Shown here: positions 19,913 to 29,065 of the stretch, piece after piece
Position numbering within the stretch: the stretch's first letter is position 1
Layout of the letters: every line of letters begins with the position of its first letter
Source: Halobacteriota archaeon
Lineage (GTDB): Archaea; Halobacteriota; Halobacteria; Halobacteriales; Haloferacaceae
NCBI GenBank assembly: GCA_051747145.1
Contig: JBNJFV010000001.1
Span: 1 to 50,824 of the forward strand
DNA length: 50,824 nt
Direction: 5' to 3'
Made by a program: the position numbers and the translations under genes
Notes under the pieces: model-generated
What the model saw: only the letters and a program-made list of their open reading frames with translations
Database searches by the model: none
What the model was told of the DNA's origin: nothing

Positions 19913-20392
19913 ATGAACACGACGATTCACGTCGCCGGGGGTGTCGGCCGGGCACCGACGGCGCTTTCGGCGTACGACAGCGCGCTCGCGGCGGCGAACC
20001 TCCACAACTACAACCTCGTACAGGTCTCCTCGATCGTTCCCGCGAACGCGACGGTGAAACGCGTCGATCGGGCCCCCGATCTCGGTCCGGCGGGGAACAA
20101 ACTCACCGTCGTGCAAGCGCACGCCGTCGCCGATCCCGGTGCGTCCGAGGCGGTCGTCGCCGGACTCGGCTGGACGACCGGATCGGGGCCGGGCATGTTC
20201 TACGAGGCGACGGGGACCGACCCGGATGCCGTCCGAGCGGACCTCCGCAGCGGGCTCGAAGCGGGCGGCGAACTCAGGGAGTGGCCGATCGAGGACCGAT
20301 CGATCGAACTCGCGACGGCGCAGCCGGCCGCAGACGAGTACGTCGCGGCGGTCGTGACCGCGGCGTACGGGGACTCGCAACCGGTCTTTTGA
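19913..20392 (+). CDS. pdaD: Pyruvoyl-dependent arginine decarboxylase
   Basis: 159 aa. TALSAYDSALAAANLHNYNLVQVSSIVP contains the Ser-Ser self-cleavage region of PdaD. Confidence 0.85.
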   Translation: MNTTIHVAGGVGRAPTALSAYDSALAAANLHNYNLVQVSSIVPANATVKRVDRAPDLGPAGNKLTVVQAHAVADPGASEAVVAGLGWTTGSGPGMFYEATGTDPDAVRADLRSGLEAGGELREWPIEDRSIELATAQPAADEYVAAVVTAAYGDSQPVF

Positions 20393-20405
20393 CCCCGCCC
20401 GACGG

Positions 20406-20413
20406 TTTTATAC
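20406..20413 (+). promoter_or_regulatory. TATA-box-like element for a leaderless transcript
   Basis: TTTTATAC is centred about 24 bp upstream of ATG 20434, the spacing expected for haloarchaeal leaderless mRNAs. Confidence 0.35.
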
Positions 20414-20433
20414 ACCCATCCCCCCTAGTGCCC

Positions 20434-20829
20434 ATGGCAACTTACATGAACGGAACCAACCCCTACATGGGGGCACCGGGCGGACTCGAGGCGAGTCAAC
20501 CGACGCACAGCGTCGAACTCTCCGGCGAGCAAAAGCAGGTCCTGCGACGGGAAGTCGCCGGGATCGTCTCCCGGACCCAATCATACCTCCCGGAAGGGTA
20601 CCACGTCGGGTCGGAGCTGTCCTTCGATGGCGACGGCCCGCTCGCCACGGTTGCCGTGGAACCGCCTGCCGGTCACCCCGTGAGCGCAGGGTTTTCGCCC
20701 GAAGTCGACGACCTCGAAACGGGGATCGACGAGACCGATGCCGCCGAAGTCGCACAGGGGCTCGCCGCAAGCGCGGCGATGCAAGTGATGAGCGTCGTCG
20801 GCGACGGCGTGACGCCGACCGGACGGTAA
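20434..20829 (+). CDS. Acidic hypothetical protein (conserved-looking, function unknown)
   Basis: 131 aa from ATG 20434, in frame with track ORF 20281..20829, whose upstream part overlaps pdaD. Composition is haloarchaeal and acidic. No motif recognised. Confidence 0.55.
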   Translation: MATYMNGTNPYMGAPGGLEASQPTHSVELSGEQKQVLRREVAGIVSRTQSYLPEGYHVGSELSFDGDGPLATVAVEPPAGHPVSAGFSPEVDDLETGIDETDAAEVAQGLAASAAMQVMSVVGDGVTPTGR

Positions 20830-20836
20830 CGACGCG

Positions 20837-20890
20837 CAGTTTCAGTTTCAGTTTCGAGTTCGAGTTCGAATTGGAGTTCGAGTTCGATTT
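20837..20890. repeat. Hexanucleotide microsatellite, 9 units
   Basis: The units are CAGTTT x3, CGAGTT x2, CGAATT, GGAGTT, CGAGTT and CGATTT. The array starts 8 bp after the stop of the upstream CDS. Confidence 0.9.
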
Positions 20891-21062
20891 TGCGATCGAA
20901 CAGCACACGCACCGATCGGTGTGACGTCGCGACGATCGCGTTTCAAACGGAACGGCTAGTCCAAGCCAGCGACGCGTACGAACGGTGTCCGTACGCGAAC
21001 GCTCATTTGCCCCAGAAGGGAACGCTGGCGTACTTACAAAGTTCGCACAGCGGCTCGTTCGC

Positions 21063-21242
21063 TCATGCGAATTCCCTGTTATCGAGATAGTTGTTCACGA
21101 CCATCGGTGCGACGACGCCAACGAAAATCAGCACCCCCATCAGAATTTCTGAGGATAAATCAGTCAGCCAAAATCCCCCGTAGGTGAGAACCATTGCGAC
21201 CACGACGAACCCACCTACAACTTTGTTTTCACGGGAAACCAT
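21063..21242 (-). CDS. Small (59 aa) two-TM membrane protein, below the ORF-track cutoff
   Basis: Hand translation gives MVSRENKVVGGFVVVAMVLTYGGFWLTDLSSEILMGVLIFVGVVAPMVVNNYLDNREFA*. It has two hydrophobic helices. It lies in an AT-rich segment immediately downstream of infB on the same strand. Confidence 0.4.
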   Translation of the reverse strand: MVSRENKVVGGFVVVAMVLTYGGFWLTDLSSEILMGVLIFVGVVAPMVVNNYLDNREFA

Positions 21243-21291
21243 ATCCTCCGTTCCCGTCCGATATCACAAAATAATATCGGGGATTTGATTT

Positions 21292-23082
21292 TTATTTGCC
21301 CCAGAACGGATCGCGATTGCGGCGTTTGGTGAGATACCCCGACAGCGCCTCCAACTCGTCGGCAGGGATGTCGTCGGTGAGTTCCTGTTCGAGGATTTTC
21401 GCGTGTTTCTCGGGGAGTTCGATCCACAGTTCGTCGCCTTCGTCGATCTGACGACCGACCGTCGGCCCGTCGATCGCCACGCTGACTTTCGATCCGGCGC
21501 GGGCCTTCGAGACGTCCTCGCCCTGTTCTTGGATGCCCGAGAGTTCGCCCACCCGCGTTGGTTCGTTGTTCTCGAACTTCACGACCCGCATGTTGTTCTT
21601 CAGCGTGCCGGCCATGACCTCGACGCCGACGACCGCCGGGTTCGACTGGCGGAAGACGTGATCGTCGAGGATGCGAAACCGCGCCGGTCGGACGATCTTA
21701 TCGAGAATCGTCTCCTGCTGGGCCCGCTTGAGTTCCTCGACGAACTCTTCGTACTCTTCGATTAACTGGTAGATCACGTCGTCCTCGAAGAGCCGAACCG
21801 CCGAGTTCTCAAGTTCGCGTTCGGCGTTCGCCAACACGTCGACGTTGAACCCCAAGATTGCCCGGTGGGTGGGTTCGTTCGCGGTGCCGGCGATCGCCAC
21901 GTCCCGCGGTGCGACGTCGCCGACCTCCGCCCGAAGGATCGGCACCTCCGCTTCCTGTAACGCGTTGGCCATCGCCTCGAGGCTCCCGAGCGTGTCGGCT
22001 TTCACCACGACCCCGTCCTCCTCGGTTTCGACCTCGATTTCGGCGAGTTCGCTTTCGACTTCCTCGATCACCGCCTCGAGGTCCTGATCGCGAACCGCCC
22101 TGACCGGCGCGCCCGCGATCGCCTCGTCGAGGTCCGGGGCGGCGATTTTGATCCCCGCGGCCGCCCCGACCGCCTCGACGCGATCGAACCGCTTTTCGAC
22201 GCGAATCTCCGCGTTCGGGCGAGGCTGCAACAGCGCCCGGATCTCGGTGACGATCGGCTCCTCGCTCGCCCCGACGACGATCGTGTCGCCCTCGCGGATC
22301 GTCCCGTCGTAGACGACGACGTCGAGGGTCGATCCGAAGCCTCGCTCCTCTTTGACCTCGAGAACGGTCCCCTTTCCGGGGCCGGTCACGTCGATCTCCA
22401 TCTCCGCTTTCATGAACCGCTGTGACAGGCCCATGAGAACAGCCAGCAGGTCTGCGACGCCCTCGCCGGTGATCGCGGAGACGGGGACGACGCCGATGTT
22501 TCGCTGGAAGTTCTGGACCCGCCAGTACAGATCCGCCGAAAACCCCGCATCTGAAAGGTCGCCGATGATCCGATAGAGGTTCTCGTCGAGGCGGCCTCTG
22601 GCCCCGTCGCTTTGGGCGTCGTAACTGGGTTTGATCGGCGAGTCGGCGTTCGGGTTCCACCCGGGCGTGGTGTCGACCTTGTTGGCGGCGACGACGAACG
22701 GCGTTCCGGTGCGTCGGAGGATGTCGATCGCCTCCACCGTCTGGGGCTGAAAGCCGTCGTTCACGTCGACGACGAGGACGGCGATGTCCGCGAGCGCGCC
22801 GCCGCGGGACCGCAACGTCGAAAACGAGTGGTGCCCGGGCGTGTCGATGAACAACAGCCCCGGCAGGTCGAAATCTTCGACCATGACGAGGTCGCCGGCC
22901 ATCTCGGCGACGGTTTCGAGCGGTACGGCCGTCGCACCGATGTGCTGGGTGATCGCGCCGGCCTCGCCTTCGCTGACGGCCGACCCTCTGATCTTGTCGA
23001 GCAGGCTCGTCTTGCCGTGGTCGACGTGGCCGAGCACCGCGACGATCGGTGTACGGAGTGACGGGGACGAATTATCAGACAT
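21292..23082 (-). CDS. infB: Translation initiation factor aIF5B (IF-2)
   Basis: G1 GHVDHGKT, G3 DTPGH, G4 NKVD; 596 aa. The start is ATG 23082 ([25 protein letters not shown]). The track ORF extends further upstream. Confidence 0.9.
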   Translation of the reverse strand: MSDNSSPSLRTPIVAVLGHVDHGKTSLLDKIRGSAVSEGEAGAITQHIGATAVPLETVAEMAGDLVMVEDFDLPGLLFIDTPGHHSFSTLRSRGGALADIAVLVVDVNDGFQPQTVEAIDILRRTGTPFVVAANKVDTTPGWNPNADSPIKPSYDAQSDGARGRLDENLYRIIGDLSDAGFSADLYWRVQNFQRNIGVVPVSAITGEGVADLLAVLMGLSQRFMKAEMEIDVTGPGKGTVLEVKEERGFGSTLDVVVYDGTIREGDTIVVGASEEPIVTEIRALLQPRPNAEIRVEKRFDRVEAVGAAAGIKIAAPDLDEAIAGAPVRAVRDQDLEAVIEEVESELAEIEVETEEDGVVVKADTLGSLEAMANALQEAEVPILRAEVGDVAPRDVAIAGTANEPTHRAILGFNVDVLANAERELENSAVRLFEDDVIYQLIEEYEEFVEELKRAQQETILDKIVRPARFRILDDHVFRQSNPAVVGVEVMAGTLKNNMRVVKFENNEPTRVGELSGIQEQGEDVSKARAGSKVSVAIDGPTVGRQIDEGDELWIELPEKHAKILEQELTDDIPADELEALSGYLTKRRNRDPFWGK

Positions 23083-23233
23083 GGAACACACTCCAGAGAA
23101 CTCTTTGCTGTGTGCAAATCGGGCGTCGGAGTTAAGTGTTTCAACTCGGGGTCGAAACGGGTGCGTCGGATCGGTGAGTATCACCACCCCTGACGCACCA
23201 ACGTTCATGGTTGCGGGCATCGACGTTCGGACG

Positions 23234-25291
23234 ATGCGCACCGCGGTTGTCGGCTGTGGCTCGATCGCCGACGAGTACGGCCCCGGACTGGCCGCCCTCG
23301 AAGACGTGAGGCTCGTGGGGGCGATGGACCTGGATCGATCGCGTGCAGTCCGGTTTGCGAATCGGTTCGTGGAATCTGCGACCCAAACGACGCGCGCGTT
23401 CGAAGATCTCGATCGCCTGCTCGACGTGGCGGCACCGGACCTGGTGGTGAATCTCACCATCCACACGGCCCACGCGTCGGTCACAGAGCGCTGCCTCCGG
23501 GCTGGCTGTCACGTCTACAGCGAGAAACCGATCGCCCTTGACGCCTCGCGGGCGGCCAGGCTTCTCGCGCTCGCGGATGATCGAGGCGTCGGACTCGCCT
23601 GTGCACCGGCGAACGGCCTCGGGGACGCCCAGCGGCTGGTCGGCCGGCTCCTGGACGACGGGCGGACGGGGCCGGTTCGGGCGATCTACGCCGACTGCAA
23701 CATCGGCCGGCTGACCGAGTGGCACGACGACCCCGAACCGTTCCTCCGAGTCGGCCCGCTTTTCGACGGGGCGGTCTACCCGCTTTCGGTGCTGACCGAC
23801 TACTTCGGAGCCGTCACGCGAGTCGAAACCGCCCACGCGAGCCACATGCGCACCACGCACGAACACGACGGCCACGAGTTCGAGGTCGACACCCCCGATC
23901 ACGTGGTCGCGATCCTCCGGTTCGAACCGCCGGGCGGACCGCCGATCGAACTTCGACTCACCGCCAGCATGTACGTCCCCTATCAGACGAATCACTTCAA
24001 CAGCGTCGAGATCCACGGCGACGATGGGTCGATCCACCTCCGCAACTGCGGGGCGACCGGCCACCCCCGAGCGGAGCCGGCCGTCGAATTCGCCAGGGTG
24101 GGCTCGGCGTACGTTCCGGTCCGTCCCCAGCACGCGCCCGAACCGATCGATTACGCCGACGGCGTCGGCTCGTTCGTCGCGGCGCTCGACCGTGGCGGTC
24201 CCAAGACCACGAGCGCTCGGCGGGCAGCCCACCTCGTCTCGGTCGTCGAGGCGATCGACCGCGCCGCCCGAGAGGGGTCTCCGGTCGATCTCGACCCGAT
24301 CGGTGTCGACCCGATCGAGTTCGACTCAACCGGGCGTGATCGGACACACCGGATCGAGCCGATCGGACGTCGCGATCGAACCGACCGACCCACGAACGCG
24401 GGAGGAACCGTTTCGGTGCCGCCGATCGGCTTCGGCTGTTCGCGGTACCGCGGGGGCGAAGAGTTCGTCGACCGCCGCGAGTCGATTCGGACGGCCCTGG
24501 ATGCGGGGTACCGGCTCTTCGACGGCGCGGAGCTGTACGGCAACGAAGGTCGGATCGGCCGAATCGTCGATCGCCCGGGCAGCCCCGATCGCGACTTGCT
24601 GTTTCTCACGAGCAAGGTCTGGAACACGAACCACGCACCCGAACACGTCCGGGAAGCCTGCGAAACCACGCTCGGGGCGCTCGGCATCGACGCCCTCGAC
24701 GCGTATCTCGTCCACTGGCCGACCGCCTGGGCGTACCAGGGACCGTTGGAAGAGCTTGCGGAACGATCGCCGGAAATCGCCTCGGAGCTGCCGTTCCCGA
24801 CGGACGAATCGGGCGATCCGATCGAGGCGGACGTCACGCTAGCCGAGACGTGGCAGGCGATGGAGGCGCTCGTCGAAGACGGCCTGGTGCGATCGATCGG
24901 TGTGAGTAACTTCGACGTCGAAACGCTTGATTCGCTCCGCGAAACGGCGACCGTCCCGCCGGCGATCGTGCAGTTCGAGCGACATCCCTACCGGCCCAAC
25001 AACGACCTTCTCCAGTGGAGTCGGACCAACGGGGCCGTGCCGATGGCCCATTCGCCGCTTTCCGCACCCGGGCTGTTGGACGAGGGGACGATTGTATCGA
25101 TCGGTGCGGCCCACGACGTCTCCCCCGCGCAGGTCGTGCTCCGCTGGAACGTCCAGCGCGGCGTCGTCCCGATCCCCTCCAGCTCCCAGCCCGACCACGT
25201 CGTCGAAAACGCCGACGTCTTCCGGTTCGAACTCTCGGAGGCGGAGCTTGCGGCGATCGATGCACTTTTCGACCCGACGTTCGAGCGGTGA
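23234..25291 (+). CDS. Gfo/Idh/MocA-type oxidoreductase fused in frame to an aldo/keto reductase
   Basis: N-terminal half: [12 protein letters not shown] Rossmann start and an EKP motif (YSEKPIA). C-terminal half: AKR tetrad context [16 protein letters not shown] and LVHWP. No stop codon lies between the halves. A linker of about 45 aa joins them. An internal GTG at 24416, preceded by GGAGG (24401-24405), could also start the AKR alone. Confidence 0.65.
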   Translation: MRTAVVGCGSIADEYGPGLAALEDVRLVGAMDLDRSRAVRFANRFVESATQTTRAFEDLDRLLDVAAPDLVVNLTIHTAHASVTERCLRAGCHVYSEKPIALDASRAARLLALADDRGVGLACAPANGLGDAQRLVGRLLDDGRTGPVRAIYADCNIGRLTEWHDDPEPFLRVGPLFDGAVYPLSVLTDYFGAVTRVETAHASHMRTTHEHDGHEFEVDTPDHVVAILRFEPPGGPPIELRLTASMYVPYQTNHFNSVEIHGDDGSIHLRNCGATGHPRAEPAVEFARVGSAYVPVRPQHAPEPIDYADGVGSFVAALDRGGPKTTSARRAAHLVSVVEAIDRAAREGSPVDLDPIGVDPIEFDSTGRDRTHRIEPIGRRDRTDRPTNAGGTVSVPPIGFGCSRYRGGEEFVDRRESIRTALDAGYRLFDGAELYGNEGRIGRIVDRPGSPDRDLLFLTSKVWNTNHAPEHVREACETTLGALGIDALDAYLVHWPTAWAYQGPLEELAERSPEIASELPFPTDESGDPIEADVTLAETWQAMEALVEDGLVRSIGVSNFDVETLDSLRETATVPPAIVQFERHPYRPNNDLLQWSRTNGAVPMAHSPLSAPGLLDEGTIVSIGAAHDVSPAQVVLRWNVQRGVVPIPSSSQPDHVVENADVFRFELSEAELAAIDALFDPTFER

Positions 25292-25341
25292 TCAGTTCGG
25301 ACGGGCCGATCGCGAGAAAAACACGTTACTGGAGGGACGGC

Positions 25342-27195
25342 TCAGTCGTGCGGGTGGAAGCGCCGGATCGCTTCTGCGACCGACTTAGATTGTCCGACGA
25401 ACGTGATGTGGTCGCCGTGTAGCAGTTCCTCGTCGGCGCTCGGGACGTGCGTCTCGTCGTCGCGACCGATCACCGCCACGATGCAGCCGTCGGGGATGTC
25501 GGCGTTTACCTCGCGGATCGTCTTGCCCACGAGGTCATCTGCGGTCACTTCGACTTCCTGGATGTCGTGTCCCTCCCCGAGTTCGTTCATCCAGTGGGCG
25601 ATCGCCGGGCGTTCGATCTCGTTGTCGATCGACCAGGCCGTCGCCGTCGAGGCGTCGATTGCGCGGACGTCGAGGGCCTCGAACGCGTCGACGTTCTCGG
25701 GGTCGTTCACGCGGGCGAGCACGTCCGTCACCTCGAATTTCGTTTTCGCGAGCTGGGCGACGAGCAGGTTGGTGTTGTCGTCACCGGTGGCCGCGATGAC
25801 CCGCTTTGCGCGATCGATCCGGGCGTCTTGCAGCGTGATCGCGTCCGTGCCGTCGCCCTCGATCGCGTTGAAGCCGTCGACCTGGAGCCGCTCGACCGTC
25901 TCGGGCCCCGAGTCGACGATGACGATGTTCTCTCCGCGGTTCTCCAGTCGTGTGGCGAGCACCCGGCCGACCCGGCCGCCGCCGACGATTATCGTTGGCA
26001 TTGGTATCACGTCGAGTTTCTGTGCGATCTGCCGGGAGAGTCCGGCTTGCAGGAGGACAGTCACGAAGATGAGCAAGAAGACGACGCCGATGAGCGTCTG
26101 CGCCTCGGCGACTCGACCCGTCGATTGGAGCTCGATCGCAAAGAGCGTCGCGACGCTTGCGGGAATGATTCCGCGGGGACCGACGAGGCTGAGGAAGTAC
26201 TGTTCGTTTCTGCTAAACTGTTTGTCGCGAGCCGAGAGGAACACGGCGATCGGTCGGACCACGAGTGTCACCGCGACCACGACGCCGAGTCCGGCGAGCC
26301 CCAGTTCGATCAGTGCGCCGAAATCGATCAGGGCCGCAAGCGAGATGAAGACGAAAGACAGGACGATGAGCGTGAGGTCGCGGGCGAACCCGTCGATCGA
26401 CTCCTCGTGGGGGACGTGGAGGTTGCCGAGGACGAACCCCGCGGCTGCGGCGGCGGCGACCCCGGTCTCCGGGAGGATGCTTTCGGAGAGACCGTAGGAG
26501 AGCAACGCACCGCCCAGTACGACGAACCGCGCGATCTGGGGCGCGTCGTCGGCGGGCATCCGCAGTCGCGTGAGGACGAGACGAACCCCGAAGGCGATCG
26601 CCATCCCGATACCGATGCCGACGGCCAGTCGCTGGAGGAATCCGCCGGGTACCAAAGTCGGATCACTCGAAAGGACGACGGTCTCGAAGAGGACGATCGC
26701 CAACACCGCGGCCGTGACGTCGTTGAAGATACCTTCCGCTTCGAGCGTGATCCCGACGTGTTCTCGAACCTTGACCACGTCCAAAATTGGCGTGATCACC
26801 GTCGGGCCGGTCGCGATCAAAAGCGACCCGATCAAAAACGAAAGCCCCCACGGCACGTCGAGGAAGAACCGAACCGCGAGCGCGGTCCCGAAAAGCGTCC
26901 CGATCGCGCCGATCGTCGTCAGCCCGGTGATGGCCTTCGGCGCCCGTTCGAGCTTTTCGCGACGGAGTTGAAACGCCCCGTCGAAGACGATAATCGCCAC
27001 GCTGAGACCGACGATCGTCGAGAGACCGCCGCCGAACGTCTCGGCGGTTACGACGCCGAGGAGCTCCGGTCCGAGGACGACCCCGATCGCGATGAGGAAC
27101 AGAACGCTCGGGATCTGCAGGCGTTTTGCGACGATCTGTGCACCGATTCCGAGTGCGAGTATGACAGTTACGATCGGTAAAAGTTCTGCAGACAC
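25342..27195 (-). CDS. Cation:proton antiporter with C-terminal TrkA-N/TrkA-C (RCK) domains
   Basis: 617 aa. A Na+/H+-exchanger-type domain of about 12 TM helices is followed by the Rossmann motif IIVGGGRVGRVLA and a TrkA-C-like end (HGDHITFVG). The start is GTG. Confidence 0.8.
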   Translation of the reverse strand: MSAELLPIVTVILALGIGAQIVAKRLQIPSVLFLIAIGVVLGPELLGVVTAETFGGGLSTIVGLSVAIIVFDGAFQLRREKLERAPKAITGLTTIGAIGTLFGTALAVRFFLDVPWGLSFLIGSLLIATGPTVITPILDVVKVREHVGITLEAEGIFNDVTAAVLAIVLFETVVLSSDPTLVPGGFLQRLAVGIGIGMAIAFGVRLVLTRLRMPADDAPQIARFVVLGGALLSYGLSESILPETGVAAAAAAGFVLGNLHVPHEESIDGFARDLTLIVLSFVFISLAALIDFGALIELGLAGLGVVVAVTLVVRPIAVFLSARDKQFSRNEQYFLSLVGPRGIIPASVATLFAIELQSTGRVAEAQTLIGVVFLLIFVTVLLQAGLSRQIAQKLDVIPMPTIIVGGGRVGRVLATRLENRGENIVIVDSGPETVERLQVDGFNAIEGDGTDAITLQDARIDRAKRVIAATGDDNTNLLVAQLAKTKFEVTDVLARVNDPENVDAFEALDVRAIDASTATAWSIDNEIERPAIAHWMNELGEGHDIQEVEVTADDLVGKTIREVNADIPDGCIVAVIGRDDETHVPSADEELLHGDHITFVGQSKSVAEAIRRFHPHD

Positions 27196-27428
27196 GGCTA
27201 CCTCACCGAGAAATATTGTGGAGAGTCAACAATCATACGCCGTCCGATACAACACTCCAATCGAATAGCATTCACAATTTCGGCCAATTTCCCTGTTTTC
27301 ATGTCTCTTGAGGCGGTTCTCACCCACATACAGCCTTGTAAAAAGTGTGCAAGTTTAACTGTTCTGTTTGACATCGACATCCTCCGTCCGCGTCCAATCG
27401 GCTTTCGTGCGTCTGACTGTCCCGTGGT

Positions 27429-27438
27429 ATTTATATAA
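27429..27438 (+). promoter_or_regulatory. TATA-box-like element for a leaderless transcript
   Basis: ATTTATATAA is centred about 26 bp upstream of ATG 27460, within a 264-bp AT-rich divergent intergenic region. Confidence 0.4.
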
Positions 27439-27459
27439 TTCGGACCGAATACGCCGGGT

Positions 27460-27705
27460 ATGGTCGACATACTAGCGGAAAACCTCTCGGGCAAATCCGT
27501 CATGGGTGCGGATGGGACCGAACTCGGCGACCTGTACAACATCACGATGGATCTGAAAACGGGTCGACTCAACGATCTGCTCGTGACGCCCAACGAGGGC
27601 ATCCTCGCGTCGAATCTCGAATTCGACACCGACGAGGACGGACGGATGCGGGTGCCGGTCAGTTCCGTGCAGGCTGTCAAGGATTACATCGTCGTCGCAC
27701 GCTAA
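27460..27705 (+). CDS. PRC-barrel domain protein
   Basis: 81 aa. LSGKSVMGADGTELGDLYNITMDLKTGRLNDLLV is the PRC-barrel signature. Its stop codon abuts the next start (TAAATG). Confidence 0.75.
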   Translation: MVDILAENLSGKSVMGADGTELGDLYNITMDLKTGRLNDLLVTPNEGILASNLEFDTDEDGRMRVPVSSVQAVKDYIVVAR

Positions 27706-28164
27706 ATGCAGGTTCTCGATTCGTCAGCGTTTATTCACGAGTATCACACCGACGAGCCGACGGCTTCGATTCCGCTCGTCCGCGAGGAGCTGGAAGGCGA
27801 ACACGCCTTTCGATTCGACGCCGAGGAGGGCGCCGGAATGCACATCCACATTCCCGCTGCGGGGACCGTCGAGAAAATCCGACGAGCGGCGACAGAAACC
27901 GGCGACGCCGACGTGCTTTCGGAGACGGATAGCCGACTGTTGGCGGCCGCCTTCGAACTCGACGGCACGCTGGTAACGGACGATTACGCGATGCAGAACG
28001 TCGCAGAGCGCCTCGGCGTCGCCGTGCAGGTCATCGCCCGTGACGGGATCACAGAAGAGCGCGCCTGGATCTTCCAGTGTGCAGGATGTGGCCGCGAGTT
28101 CGAGGAGAAACACGATCGGTGCCCGATCTGCGGCAGCGATCTGACGCGCAAGAATCCGGCGTAG
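27706..28164 (+). CDS. Nob1-like endonuclease (PIN domain + zinc ribbon)
   Basis: The N-terminal PIN-like acidic residues are VLDSSAF...TDD. The C-terminal ribbon is CAGCGREF...CPICGSDL. The PRC-barrel plus Nob1 pairing is common in haloarchaea (from memory). Confidence 0.75.
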   Translation: MQVLDSSAFIHEYHTDEPTASIPLVREELEGEHAFRFDAEEGAGMHIHIPAAGTVEKIRRAATETGDADVLSETDSRLLAAAFELDGTLVTDDYAMQNVAERLGVAVQVIARDGITEERAWIFQCAGCGREFEEKHDRCPICGSDLTRKNPA

Positions 28165-28192
28165 CGTCAGGCTTCAGGCTGGCGGGCTCGCT

Positions 28193-28936
28193 TCACGTCG
28201 CGACCCCGATCGCCGCGAGATACTGGATCCCGAACACGGCCGCGTTGTGAACGCCGTGGACGACGGCCGGGACAACAATGTTACCCGTCCGTTCGTAGAG
28301 GTACCCCAACAGGAGTCCGAGCGTCCCAACGAGCGCGATCGTCGCGTACTGCTGGCCGGGGTCGCCGACGATCGCCGGCAGGTGGATCGCACCGAACACC
28401 ACCGTCGACAGGACGATCGCCGGCCACGCCCCCCACGACGCCCTGAGTCGACCCTGCAGGACGCCCCGAAACAGCAGTTCCTCGGCGGGCCCCACGAGCA
28501 ACAGTGAGATGCCGATCATCGCGAGGAAGTAAGTCGGCTCTCCCATGCCGTCGGTGATCGCGCGGTTTGCGCCGGTGGAGACGCCGATCGCATCGAGCAG
28601 GAGGCTGAGCAACACCTGCGCGCCCAAAAGCGCGACACTCCCGATCACGATGTACCCGACGTGACGGATCGTCGGCGTCCGAACGCCGATGAGGTCCCAC
28701 CGATCGGTCGCCCGGAGGTACCAGCCGACGCCGATCCCGAACGCGATGAACTGGACGACTGTCGTGGCGATCCGAAGTTCCGTACTCTCGAGTGCGATGA
28801 GACCGGTACCGACGAGCGCGTCGCGAACGGCGATGACGACGAGGCTCGCAAAGAAGAACGTCCCGACCACGACGAACAACGCTTCGAAGAGGGCGTTCAG
28901 ACGAGTCGGCCAGCGGGAGTCCACGGACGCGGGCAT
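28193..28936 (-). CDS. CPBP-family intramembrane metalloprotease (second copy in window)
   Basis: EELLFRG, FGAIH and HGVHN motifs in a polytopic membrane protein of 247 aa. Confidence 0.8.
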   Translation of the reverse strand: MPASVDSRWPTRLNALFEALFVVVGTFFFASLVVIAVRDALVGTGLIALESTELRIATTVVQFIAFGIGVGWYLRATDRWDLIGVRTPTIRHVGYIVIGSVALLGAQVLLSLLLDAIGVSTGANRAITDGMGEPTYFLAMIGISLLLVGPAEELLFRGVLQGRLRASWGAWPAIVLSTVVFGAIHLPAIVGDPGQQYATIALVGTLGLLLGYLYERTGNIVVPAVVHGVHNAAVFGIQYLAAIGVAT

Positions 28937-29032
28937 TCGATCGGGTCTACGAGACCGTCGCTGGTAGGACTTCCGGTCGGGATCCGATCGGGAAACGCGG
29001 CGATCGGTCGCGCGCAGGCATCGCCGTCGCTG

Positions 29033-29065
29033 ATTACAGTTGTCTGGAGGATTACTGTTGTTTGG
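29033..29065. repeat. 15-bp imperfect direct duplication straddling the pgi stop codon
   Basis: ATTACAGTTGTCTGG (29033-29047) and ATTACTGTTGTTTGG (29051-65) are 13/15 identical with period 18. The second copy contains the pgi stop codon and last codons. Confidence 0.7.

Noticed and set aside
21003-21065. In-frame continuation after the TGA stop of the 59-aa membrane ORF (ANEPLCELCKYASVPFWGK*), considered as stop-codon readthrough or recoding.
   Set aside because: There is no recoding signal. The extension is better explained as the displaced duplicate of the infB 3' end.
20890-21090. 66-aa plus-strand ORF in the gap downstream of the hexamer repeat.
   Set aside because: Its composition is atypical for a haloarchaeal protein, it has no motif, and it overlaps the duplicated infB-end segment.
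22784-23233. N-terminal 150 aa of track ORF 22784..25291, and the upstream extension of infB to 23484.
   Set aside because: These extensions overlap the divergent neighbour's coding sequence and have non-haloarchaeal composition. The canonical N-termini ([10 protein letters not shown] and [25 protein letters not shown]) begin at internal ATGs.
27301-27435. 44-aa ORF with a CKKC pair in the AT-rich antiporter/PRC-barrel intergenic region.
   Set aside because: It has only one CxxC pair and is not acidic. It also overlaps the predicted TATA box of the PRC-barrel gene. There is no supporting signal.
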